A program made the position numbers and the translations under genes. This document shows, piece by piece, positions 35,758 through 47,861 of a stretch of DNA of 64,000 nucleotides. Under the pieces are notes generated by a model that made no database searches, was not told where the DNA came from, and saw nothing but the letters and a program-made list of their open reading frames with translations. The number at the start of each line of letters is the position of its first letter. The first letter of the stretch is position 1. The stretch covers positions 124,001 to 188,000 of the forward strand of contig JAPDFW010000105.1 of NCBI GenBank assembly GCA_028826165.1, written 5' to 3'. Source of the DNA: Anaeramoeba ignava BMAN (Eukaryota; Protista; Anaeramoebae).

Positions 35758-37517
35758 ATGAATGATTGTTTATTTTTTGGTTCAAATGAATATCCAAAAC
35801 TTATCAAAAATAAACCAAATGAAATAATAAAACCAATTCAATTTAAATTTGAAAATGAAAATGAAAATGAAAATGAAAAACAAATTAAACAAATTTCATC
35901 AGGAATATTTTCAACAATTTTCCTTTTTAAAAATGGAAAAGCAATAGAATATTTAAATGTAAATAATTCAAAACAAAAACCTGAAAAAATCCAAATTGAA
36001 GAAAAATATTCAAAAAGTAACTGTTGGTGTTCGAAATGAAGCTATTTTAACAAAAGAAGGAAATGTATTTGCCAAAGGAAAAGATATTAACCCAAAAAAT
36101 CTAAAAGAATTTATCAATATTTCATCATTAATTGAAGATACAAATGATAGAATAATTGAAGATATTGTTTCTGGAGCTTATTCAATTTATTTATTAACTT
36201 CAAATCAAAATGTTTATGGAATTGGTTCAAATCACTTTTGTCAACTTGGTTTTGATTCTGAAACACTTAAAAAAACAGAAAAGCCAATTTTAATGATGAA
36301 AAATGTTTCTAAAATATTTTCAGGAAATTCTTCACATCATATTTTTCTTTTAAATTCAAATCAAGAATTATTTGGATCTGGAAATAATCAATATGGTCAA
36401 CTTGGATTAGGAGAATCAATAGAAGAAACAAAAATCCAAAAATTAACCAAAATACAAAATATTCCAAAAGGTAAAATAATTGATATTAAATGTGGAGGGA
36501 TTCATTCAATAATGTTGATTGAAAATCAAAATCAAAATCCAAAAAGAAAACTTTATTCATGTGGAGATTATCGATATAATGGACTTGGCAAATATGGAAA
36601 TATTTATGAATTTACTGAAATCAAATCATCTTTATTTGAAAATGATGATAATATTATTGAAATTTCTGTTGGAAATGATCATACTTTGATTTTAACATCT
36701 AATTCGAAATTAATTGGATTTGGAAATGATTATGGTGAATTAGGAACTGGAGATACAAAATCTCAAAGAATTCCAATTCAAATTAAACTTCCTAAATTAA
36801 GATTTAATGAAAATATTTCCAATTATCATATCTCTTGTGGAGATTCCAATTCATTTCTTTATTATTCTCCTTCTTTTTCCAATCTTGAAGAAGATTTGAT
36901 AAAATTATTTAGAAGAAAAGAATTTTGTAATATTTCATTTAAAACCGAAAATGGAGAAATAATCAAAGCTCATAAATTAATATTGAAATATAGATTAAAT
37001 CAAAATCAAAATCAAATTGAAAAACTTAAAGAAATTATTTCAAAAAAATCAATTAAAGAATCAAATCAAATATTTGAAATGATTTATTCAAACAGAATAA
37101 TAAATCCAAAATTATATTCTGAAATTAAAGAAATTATAAATTCAAATGAAAAAATAGAAGAAACAATGAAAAGAATTTATTTAAATGAAAATGAAAATGA
37201 AAAAGATTTTATTATTGAAAGAAAAGAAAAACAATATAAATTTCCTAAATTAATATTAATAATGAGAAGTGAATTATATCGAGGAATGTTTTTATCTGTA
37301 ACTGAAGATAAATCTAATAAAGTTACAGATTATAGTGAATTAAGTAATAAATCATTCCAAATATTTGAATATTGGATTTATTCAAATCAAATTAAAGATG
37401 GAGTTCGAATTACACAAGAAATTATTAATGAAATTCAAAATTGGAATTGATTATTTTCAATTAAATCAAACAAATCCAAATTTATTTGATTTATTAATTA
37501 ACAAATTTAATAATTAA
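35758..37517 (+). CDS. RCC1-repeat + tandem BTB protein with two frameshifts (~36003 and ~37437): assembly error or pseudogene
   Basis: YGIGSNHFCQLG and FGSGNNQYGQLG RCC1 repeats; IIKAHKLILKYRL and FPKLILIMRSELYRGMF BTB motifs; the shifted frame after 37437 restores the family ending IDYFQLNQ. Confidence 0.8.
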
Positions 37518-37782
37518 AATCAAAATTAAAATTAAAATTAAAATTAAAATAAAAATCAAAATTAAAATTAAAATTAAAATTAAAATTAAAATTAAAAATT
37601 AAAATTAAAATTAAAATTAAAATTAAAATTAAAAAAAGAGGAAATAATTTAGATTTTTTTTCCTTTTATTTTTAAATTGATTTATTTTGGTTTAAATTGA
37701 AAATTCTTTTTAAATTGATTTATTTTGGTTTAAATTGAAAATTCTTTTTAAATTGATTTATTTTGGTTTAAATTGATTTATT

Positions 37783-38400
37783 TTAAAGTTCATCTTTGAC
37801 TTTTTTAAGACCAATTTCAGTTAATTTATCTCTTAATTGTTGAATAGTAAATTGACTTATATCAATCTAAATCAAAATCAAAATCAAAATCAAAATCAAA
37901 ATTAAAATTAAAATAAAATTAAAATTAAAATTTAAATTACTTTTTCAATTTCATTTCCATTATCATCAAAAACAAATAATTCTGGGTCTTTTCCATCAAA
38001 AAGAACTTCTAAATGTGAACTAAAAATTAAATAAAAAAATTAAATAAAAAAATTAAATAAAAAAATTAAATAAAAAAATTGGCTATTCAAATTTTCTTTA
38101 TTAAATTTACTAATCAAATCCTTCAGTAGTCACAAATTTGTGGATATCAGGATATTTACGAAGATTTTCACCGAAGCCAGTTCTAATTCTTGCTTTTCCA
38201 AGAGCTTTTGTTTTTGTAAAAGGAACACCAATATCTTCAGCTAATTTTTCAATATCTTCAGCACTAAGTTCAATATCAGTTTCTTCTTCTGTATCGATTA
38301 TTGGTTCTTTTGGTGCGCAAGACCCTGAATCATCAAGTTGTGTTTTAATAACAAAAATTGAAACAAAAATTATTGATAAAATTAAAATAATCTTTTTCAT
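37783..38400 (-). CDS. ER-lumenal SelM/Sep15-family thioredoxin-like protein lacking the Cys/Sec motif, 3 exons
   Basis: Exons 38400-38111, 38019-37941, 37866-37783; signal peptide; ARIRTGFGENLRKYPDIHKFV...GKDPELFVFDDNGNEIEKIDISQFT; ends VKDEL*. Confidence 0.75.
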
Positions 38401-38861
38401 TTTAAAATGAAAAAAAAATGAAAAAAAAAAATTTAAAAAAAAAAAATTTTATTAATTAAAAAATTATCGTCATTTTTTGAATTTAATTTTAAATTAATTT
38501 TAATTTTAATTTTAAAATTTAATTTTAATTTATTTCCTTTTAAACTTTTTTATCCGATTTTGAATTTAATTTTAATTTTGATTTTAATTTCAATTTTAAT
38601 TTATTTTCAATTTAAATTTCAATTTAATTTTAATTTAATTTTAATTTCAAATCAATTTTAATTTAATTTCAATTTAATTTCAATTTAATTTAATTTATTT
38701 TAATTTCAATTTAATTTCCTTTTAAACTTTTTTATCCGATTTTGAATTTAAATTTCAAATCAATTTCAATTTAATTTCAATTTCAATTTTAATTTAATTT
38801 CAAATCAATTTTAATTTAATTTCAAATTATTTTTTCATATTTTTTATTGAAATTTATTTTT

Positions 38862-41680
38862 TCAGTTTTCTTCAATAAAAAGAACAATTTTTCCTGAAAA
38901 ATTCAATTCTTTTAAAGTTTTTTCAAAATTTTCTTTATCATCTAAAGTAAATTTAATTTTTGGATAAGTCATTAATAAAGATAACTTATCATATTTCAAT
39001 TCAATTAATTGAGCAAAAAGAAAAACATGTTCAAGAGTTGAATTGATTGAAAATTTTCTTGTTTCTCGAGATCCATCAATTTTTCTGAATAAAATTTCAA
39101 CAATTTCTTCATTTGAATCTTCTTTTGGTTCAGAAGGTAATTTTTTTAATAAATTTTCTTCTTTTTCTCTTAATTTTTCTTTTTCTTCTTCTTCTTTTCT
39201 TTTTTTTTCTTCTTCTTCTTTTATTTTTATTATTTCTTCTTGTAATTCTCTTTGATCTCTTTCTCGATCTATTTTTAATGATTCATTATATTCTTGATCT
39301 TGACTTTCTCTGATTAATGCACTTGAATTTTTTCTGAGTAATCCTGAATGAATTGTTGAAAAAACTTCTTGAAGATTCATTAATCTTGAAAATAATTCTG
39401 ATTTATCAACAGGGCCTTTATTAAATATTAAATATTAATTAAATATTAAATAATAAATATTAAATATTAAATATTAAATATTAAATAATAAATATTAAAT
39501 AATAAATATTAAATAATAAATATTAAATATTATCCAAAAATATTAAATATAAAATATTATCCAAAAATATTAAATATTAAATATAAAATAATAAATATTA
39601 AATAAATATAAAATATTAAATATAAAATATTAAATATTAAATATTATCCAAAAATATTAAATATTAAATATTATCCAAAAATATTAAATAATAAATATTA
39701 AATAATAAATATTAAATAATATCCAAAAATAATAAATATTAAATATTAAATATTATCCAAAAATAATAAATATTAAATATTAAATAATAAATATTAAATA
39801 TAAAATATTAAATATTAAATAATAAATATAAAATATTAAATATAAAATATTAAATATAAAATATTAATTAAATAATAAATATTAAATATAAAATATTAAA
39901 TAAATATTAAATATTAAATATTAAATATTAAATATTAAATATAAAATATAAAATATTATCCAAAAATATTAAATGAAAAATACCTTGAATAACATCCAAA
40001 ATATTTAATTCATGCACATTATCAACAACTGCTAAAAAAGGAAAACTTTCTAAATTAATTGAATTTTTAAATTCATGCATAATTTGTGGATCAATATTAT
40101 CAAAATCACCAACCCAAAATAAAAAATTTGTATTAATAAAGGTTGACACAGAAAAATCACCAAGAATTTGTTGACAAAAATTAAGAACATTTTGGATATC
40201 AGTTTGAGAATGAAGATAAACAATAACAGGAATTCTTGAAGATTTTGATTTTTCCAAAGTTTTTTTCATATTTCCAGTTTGCATTGCAGGATGAACTGGA
40301 GCATAAACCTCTTCAAAAAGCTTGAAATTTTCATTATTTTCTGTAATATTTGGAATTCCATTTTGAAGAAAATTATTGAAATTCATTTTTTCATTGATTT
40401 CATTTTCTGTTTTTGTATATCCTGTTGAAAGATCTATTTCATATAATTCTTGATTTGCTTTTTCTATTTCTTCTTGTTTTCTTCTTTCTTCTTCTTGTTT
40501 TTTTCTTTCTTCTTCTTTTTCTTCTGTTATTTTTTTTTCTATTTCGATTATTTTGGAAATTTCTTCTTCTTTTGATCCAATCAGTTGAATTTTATTGATT
40601 GTATTTGATTTAAGATTCATTTTAGAAAGAGGCATCTTTTCATTTATAAATTTTGAAAGAAATTTAATTATAAATTTAATTATAAATATAATTATAAATT
40701 TAATTTTAAATTTAATTTTAAATTTTGAAATGAATATAATTATAAATATAATTATAAATTTAATTACAAATTTAATTTTAATTATAAATTTAATTATAAT
40801 TTTAATTATAAATTTTGAAATGAATTTAATTATAAATTTAATTCTAAATTTAATTATAAATATAATTATAAATATAATTATAAATATAATTATAAATTTT
40901 TAAATAAATTTAATTATAAATTTAATTATAAATATAATTATAAATTTCATTATAAATTTTATTATAAATTTAATTATAAATTTAATTATAAATATAATTA
41001 TAAATTTAATTATAAATTTAATGATAAATTTAATTATAAATTTAATTATAAATATAATTATAAATTTAATGATAAATTTAATTATAAATTTAATTATAAA
41101 TTTAATTATGAATATAATTATAAATTTAATTATAATTTTAATTATGAATATAATTATAAATTTAATTACAAATTTAATTATAAATTTAATTATATTTTAA
41201 TTATAAATTTTGAAATGAATTTAATTATAAATTCAATTCTAAATTTAATTATAAACTATAATTATAAATATAATTATAAAAATTTTGAAATGAATTTAAT
41301 TATAAATATAATGATAAATTTTGATATAAATTTAATTATAAATTTAATTATAAATATAATTATAAATTTTATTATAAATTTAATTATAAATTTAATTATG
41401 AATTTTATTATAAATTTAATTATAAATATAATGATAAATATAATTATAAATTTAATTATAAATTTAATTATAAATTTAATTGTAAATTTCTAAATGGATT
41501 TGTAAATGGTTTTTTTACATTTTCATCTTTAAATTTTATTCCAATTATTTTTTGTCTTTCTGGTTTAATTCCAGTTAATTCAAAAAGTTTTAATTTTAAA
41601 TCTTTTAAAAATTTTGTTGATTCAATATCAAATTTTATTTGTTGTTTTTGAAATTTAACATTAAATTGAAATAAACTCAT
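38862..41680 (-). CDS. UBL - UAS - UBX domain protein (FAF1/FAF2-like p97 adaptor), 3 exons
   Basis: Exons 41680-41519, 40635-39984, 39415-38862; LKLKLFELTGIKPERQKIIG (UBL); IVYLHS...FINTNFLFWVGD...FPFLAVV (UAS); QDQEYNESLKIDRE; LPSEP...ILFRKIDGSRETRKF...LLMTYPK (UBX). Confidence 0.85.
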
Positions 41681-41875
41681 TTTTTTAATTAAAAAAAAAA
41701 AGGAAAAAAAAATGAAAAAAATGAAAAAAATGAAAAAAATGAAAAAAAATTTTGGTTTTGTTTTTTTTGAATTGATTAGATTTTTTTCTAAATAAATTGA
41801 AAATAGTTTGTGTTTGTTTGTTCTTTTTTGTTTTAAAATTTTGAGATCAATTTGTATTTGAAATTTTGTTTTATT

Positions 41876-44800
41876 TTAATTAGATTTTTTTTTCTTTCTA
41901 TTTTTTGATTTAGATTTTGATTTAGATTTAGATTTTGATTTAGATTTAGATTTAGATTTTGATTCATTATCAGATTTAGATTTAGATTTAGATTTAGATT
42001 TAGATTTAGATTCAGATTTAGATTTAGATTCATTATCAGATTTAGATTTTGATTTTGATTCAGATTTTGATTTAGATTTAGATTTTGATTCAGATTTTGA
42101 TTTAGATTTAGATTTTGATTTAGATTTAGATTTAGATTTTGATTCAGATTTTGATTTTGATTCATTATCAGATTTAGATTTTGATTTAGATTTAGATTCA
42201 GATTTAGATTCAGATTTAGATTTAGATTTTGATTCATTATCAGATTTAGATTTTGATTCAGATTTAGATTCAGATTTAGATTTAGATTCAGAATTAGATT
42301 TAGATTTTGATTCATTATCAGATTTAGATTTAGATTCAGATTTTGATTTAGATTTAGATTCAGATTTTGATTTAGATTCAGATTTTGATTTAGATTTTGA
42401 TTCATTATCAGATTCAGATTTAGATTTAGATTTAGATTTAGATTCATTATCAGATTTATATTTTGATTTAGATTTTGATTCAGATTTTGATTTTGATTTT
42501 GATTTTGATTCAGATTTTGATTTTGATTTAGATTTTGATTTAGATTTTGATTTTGATAATTTCTTTTTATTGTTCTTCTTTTTATTGTTTTTCTTTTTAT
42601 TGTTCTTCTTTTTTTTGTTCTTCTTTTTATTCTTTTTCTTTTTGTTCTTTTTCTTATTACTTTTCTTTTTATGTTCTTCTTTTTGTTCTTTTTCTTGTTC
42701 TTTTTCTTTTTCTTCTTCAGAATGTGAAGCAATGTTTCTTTCTGAATTTGAATGAGAAATTTCAATCGGATCTTTTTTCCTTTTTGATCTTTTCTTTTTC
42801 GATCTTTGATTTTGATTTTGATTTTGATTTTCTTTTTCAATTTGAATTTCTTGTTCTTTTTCAATTTGAATTTCTTTTCCTTTTTCAATTTGAATTTCTT
42901 TTCCTTTTTCAATTAAGTTTAAATTTTTTGGATCAGGTTTTGGTTCTTCTGTTTTTTGTTCATTTAATAAGGATCTTCTTGCTCTTGGTGTTTTTTTATT
43001 TGATCTTGAATTAGCCACAGTTCTTCTTCTTCTATTTTTCTTTAAAGTATAATCATTTGCAGCTGAATAAGAATATTTCTTTTTATCTTTCATTTCTTGA
43101 GCTTCAACAACATCTAATTTCTCTAAAAATTCTTTTAAATCAGCTTTCCAAAAAGTTTCAATTGAAGTTTCTTCTAAAAGTTTAATTGATTTTTCTGTTT
43201 CTTCTCTTTCTTTAATTAATTCTTGATATTTTTCATAAGTAAGATTCCAAAGAGACATTGATAAAAGATAATCAAAACCATGAGAGTTAATTTGATTTTT
43301 TTGATTTTGATTTTGATTTGGTTTTGATTTTTTTGATTTTTTTGATTTTCTTTTTTTTGATTTTTTTGATTTTCTTGGTTTTGGTTTTGATTTTGATTTT
43401 TTCTCTTCATTTTCTTCATTTTCATCATTTTCATCATTTAAATTTTTTTTACTCAAATTCTTAAAAATTGGATCGAAATTTAATTTTGTTAATTGAGAAA
43501 TAACTTTATCTTTTTTAACATTTCGAATCTTAATTTGATCTTCAATTACCATTTCAATAAATCTTGCTTTATTTGATAATTTTTTGGCTTCTTCTCTTAA
43601 ATTATTAAGAAGAAATTCTTTTCTTTTATAATAAAATTCTTTTCTAATAACAAAAAATTCTTTAAGAATTTCTTCTGGTGAATTAAATTTCTTAATTTTT
43701 CCATCAGAATCAAATAAATGCATATTATCTAAAGAAATTGTTGAATTTAAACGGAATACTTTTTCTATTCCCAGTTTTTCTACTTTTTCCATGTTTGAAG
43801 TTGTTAAAGTAACAAGAAAACAAACTGTTGAATCAGTGTGATATTCAGTAAAATCTTCAATTAAATGATTTTTTTGACCAGGAAGTAAAGTTTCTAAAAA
43901 TTCTTTATAATTTTGAGTCCAAGAAAGTTTACAATGAAGAGGAAGTTCTGAGATTTCAAGAGTTTGTTCATCAATTTTCTTATAAATTCCATGACAAACA
44001 AATTTTCGAATTCTTCTTTTTTGATTTTGATTTTGATTTTGATTTTGATTTTGATTTTGATTTTGATTTTGATTTTGATTTTCATTTTCATTTTCATTTT
44101 CATTTTGATTTTTATTTTGATTTTCATTTTGATTTTGATTTTGATTTTGATTTTCATTTTGATTTTGATTTCCATTTTGATTTTCATTTTGATTTTGATT
44201 TTCATTTTCTTTTTCTTTTTGATTTTCATTTTGATTTTCATTTTGATTTTCATTTTCATTTTGATTTTGATTTTGATTTTGATTTTGATTTGTATTTTTT
44301 TGTGTTCTTCTTCTTTTTAATGGATCATGATATTGAAATGGCTCAATAGATCCTTTAAATCCTTTAAACCAAGGTATCATTTCAAAAGGTTCTTCATTAT
44401 TTATCATTCTTTCCAAATTCATTACCAAATCACGAGGATTATAATTTGGAACATAAGTTGAAAAACCAGTTCCAATTCCTTCACTTCCATTCACAAGAAC
44501 AAGAGGAAGAATTGGACAGAAAAAACGAGGTTCAATCACTTGGTTATCTTCAATAAGATTATCAAGAACAGGATCATCTTTTTGATTGAAAAGAACACGA
44601 GTAATTGGAGATAAAGTAGTGAAAATATAACGAGAACTTGCAGCATCTTTTCCACCTTGTAATCTTGTTCCAAATTGTCCGTTGGGAAGAAGAAGATTCA
44701 CATTATTTGATCCAACAAAATTCTGTGCCATTCCAATTATTGTTGTAGCAAGACTCTGTTCGCCATGATGATAAGCTGAATTTTCTGCAACATAACCTGA

Positions 44801-47091
44801 TAATTGAGCAACTTTGACTTCTGAACGAAGTTTCCTTTTAAAGCAAGCAAAAAGTATCTTGCGTTGCCCTGGTTTCAATCCATCAACAAGCGATGGAATG
44901 GATCTTTTATTATCGGCATCTGAAAAAAGAATCAATTCCTTATTGATGAAATCGGAATAAGTCAAAGATGACTGTGTATGATCTATATAAAGATTTTCAG
45001 GAACTTGAACTAACCAATCTTTTCGGTCTTTTATTTTCTTCTTGGAAAAGGCGAGTTCTATTGAAGAATCATCTTGCGGACCTGAATAAACGAAATTGAG
45101 ACGATGCCTTTGAAGATGAGAAAAGTATTCTTTGGCTTCTCTTGATGTACTTGTACCGAGCCCTTTGTAGTACTTTGTTTTCCATTTCTTATGGCTTTCG
45201 CGACTGGACAACCATTGATTAAATTCTGGAACAGTGAAGAAGGACTTTGTCTTCTTGCCCTTACTAACCTTGACTATCGGAGTAACAAACTCTTGAACGA
45301 ATCCTGGAAGCTTGATCAAAGATGGCCAGAAGCGGTGAATAAGATTAATCACAAGACCTTTGATATGAGAACCATCAAAATCTTGATCCGCCATAATCAT
45401 TAAATGCCCATATCGAAGTCCGTTTGTGTTGTTATACTCTTTATCATGCTTCAACCCAAGAACTTTGATAATTCCGTTTACTTCAGCATTTTCAAGAATT
45501 TGTTTGCTACTTGCATCTCTCACATTCAGAAGCTTCCCCCGTAATGGAAGCACTCCAAACTCATTCCTTCCCACAACACCAAGACCTGATACTGCAAGAG
45601 CCTTTGCAGAATCTCCCTCAGTAAGTATCAACGTGCAATGCTTTGATCGACGAGTTCCTGCATCATTCGCATCATCAAGTTTTGGAACACCTGTTATTCT
45701 TTTCTGCATTTTGCCTGCTGTGGATTTTTTCAATAAATTTTTCTCTCGGTTTTTCTCCCAACTTAGAATTGTGTCTGAAATGCCAGATTTCGCTATTCGA
45801 TTGAGGAATCTTGTTGAGAGTTTGGGTGTCGATCCAAAATTTTTGGGAGAAGAAGTTAATGTTTCTTTTGTTTGTGAATCAAAAGAAGGGTTTTCAATCA
45901 GACAATTAATAAAGATCTGGAGATGATGCTTGATTTGGAAGGGTTTGACACGGGCTTCTTTGTTTTTCTTGGAGACATTTTCAAGAATTGCTTGTGTGAT
46001 CTGATCAGAAATTTCTCTAACATGAGATCCACCTTTGATTGTCCAGATCGAGTTTACAAAACTAAATTGATGGAACTGTCCATCGCTATATGTTGCAAGT
46101 ATTTCCCAACGATCAGATACACGCTCATAAACACGGGGTGCGTTCATATAGCGCTGATCGGATAAAAATAGTTCACAATATTGTTTGAATGTTTTTATCG
46201 GAATAACAACTTCATTTAGAGTTACTTTCACTTTTGGATTGCAACCTGCAACATCATATACCCTTTTCTTCATTAGCGCAATTGTGTCTTTGTCAAGATT
46301 TTGCATGTGAAATTTCTCAAGATCAGGTTTAAATGTGATCTTAGTAAAATCTGCTCTTTTTGTTTTTTTTATTATTGGCTCTGATTTCTCACTCATATTT
46401 TTGGAATATTTTTGGTAAAAACTAAATCCAGTATTTCTATCCGAAGTTTCGACAATAAACTCATTGGAAAAAATATTGCAAAGCTTGGCTCCATAGCCGT
46501 TTCTCCCTCCAGTTACTTTTTTTTCAGAATCATCATAATGACTACTTGTGAGTAAGTGTCCAAAAATTAATTCAGGAACATAAATTCCTTCTTTTTTGTG
46601 AATCTCAACGGGAATCCCCTTTCCGTTATTATAGATTGATATTGTGTTGTTTTCTGCATCGATTGTTACCTTAATATTGTTCATTTTTGGATCTCTTTGT
46701 TTATTATCTGCTGCATTAACTAAAATTTCATCAAATATTTTATAAAGTCCAGGAACGTAAGTTATTTCTCTATAATTCATTCCCTTTTCTTCATCAAATA
46801 CCCATAGTTGATCTTTAACTGCTTCTACTGATCCTATATAAGTGTCTGGACGAAGAAGAATGTGTTCTAATTGTGTCTTTTTTTATTTTTCAAATTTAAA
46901 ATTCAAATCCAAATCAAATTTTTATTTTATTTTTTTTTTTTTACTTTTTTTTGATAAATTTCTTCAACAGTTTTTGTTTCTTCTTCTTTATTATCTTCTT
47001 TTTTATCTTTCTTATTTTTATCTTTATTATCTTTCTTTTCTTCTTTCTTTTCTTTCTTATTTTTATTATCTTTCTTAGATTTTCTTGGCAT
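41876..47091 (-). CDS. TOP2: DNA topoisomerase II (eukaryotic type IIA), 2 exons, with an N/Q insertion and an (SK/SE)n tail
   Basis: Exon 1 47091-46945, intron 46877-46944, giving EEIYQKK|[16 protein letters not shown]; [44 protein letters not shown], catalytic AASSRYIFT. Confidence 0.97.
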
Positions 47092-47184
47092 TTTTTAATT
47101 TTAATTTATTAAATTTTAAAAAAAAAATGAAGAGAAAAAAAATGAAAAAAATTTTTTTTCTTTTTTCTTTTTCCTTTTAAACTG

Positions 47185-47860
47185 TTTGATTTTTAATTTG
47201 GATTTTAATTTTAATTTGGATTTTAATTTTAATTTTGATTTTGATTTAGATTTTAATTTTAATTTTAATTTTAATTTTGATTTTAATTTTAATTTTAATT
47301 TTAATTTGGATTTTGATTTTGATTTTGATTTTGATTTTAATTTAGATTTAAATTTTAATTTTAATTTTAAATTTAATTTTAATTTTGATTTTTAATTTTG
47401 ATTTTGATTTTGATTTGGATTTTAATTTTAATTTTAATTTTGATTTTGATTTTGATTTTGATTTTAATTTTAATTTTGATTTTAATTTTAATTTTAATTT
47501 TAATTTTAATTTTAATTTTGATTTTGATTTTGATTTTAATTTTTATTTTAATTTTGATTTTAATTTTGATTTTGATTTTAATTTTAATTTTGATTTTAAT
47601 TTTGATTTTTAATTTTAATTTTGAATTTGATTTTGATTTTGATTTTGATTTTGATTTTAATTTTGATTTTAATTTTGATTTAGATTTAGATTTAGATTTT
47701 GATTTTAATTTTAATTTTAATTTTGATTTTAATTTTAATTTTGATTTTGATTTTGATTTTGATTTTGATTTTGATTTTAATTTTAATTTGGATTTTAATT
47801 TTCATTTTGATTTTAATTTTAATTTTAATTTTGATTTAGATTTATAAATTGATTTTGATT
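47185..47860. repeat. Intergenic (TTTTAA/TTTTGA)n microsatellite
   Basis: Directly visible hexamer tract. Confidence 0.9.
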
Positions 47861-47861
47861 T

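Noticed and set aside
38160-38185. Selenocysteine TGA in the SelM-like gene
   Set aside because: The TGA in GGTGAA is out of frame, the ORF is open without it, and no SECIS-like hairpin is evident in the AT-rich 3' region
44020-44300. Insertion in TOP2 as a possible intein or intron
   Set aside because: Pure N/Q/E low complexity; no Cys/Ser start, His-Asn end or homing-endonuclease motifs; in frame, with no convincing GT..AG boundaries
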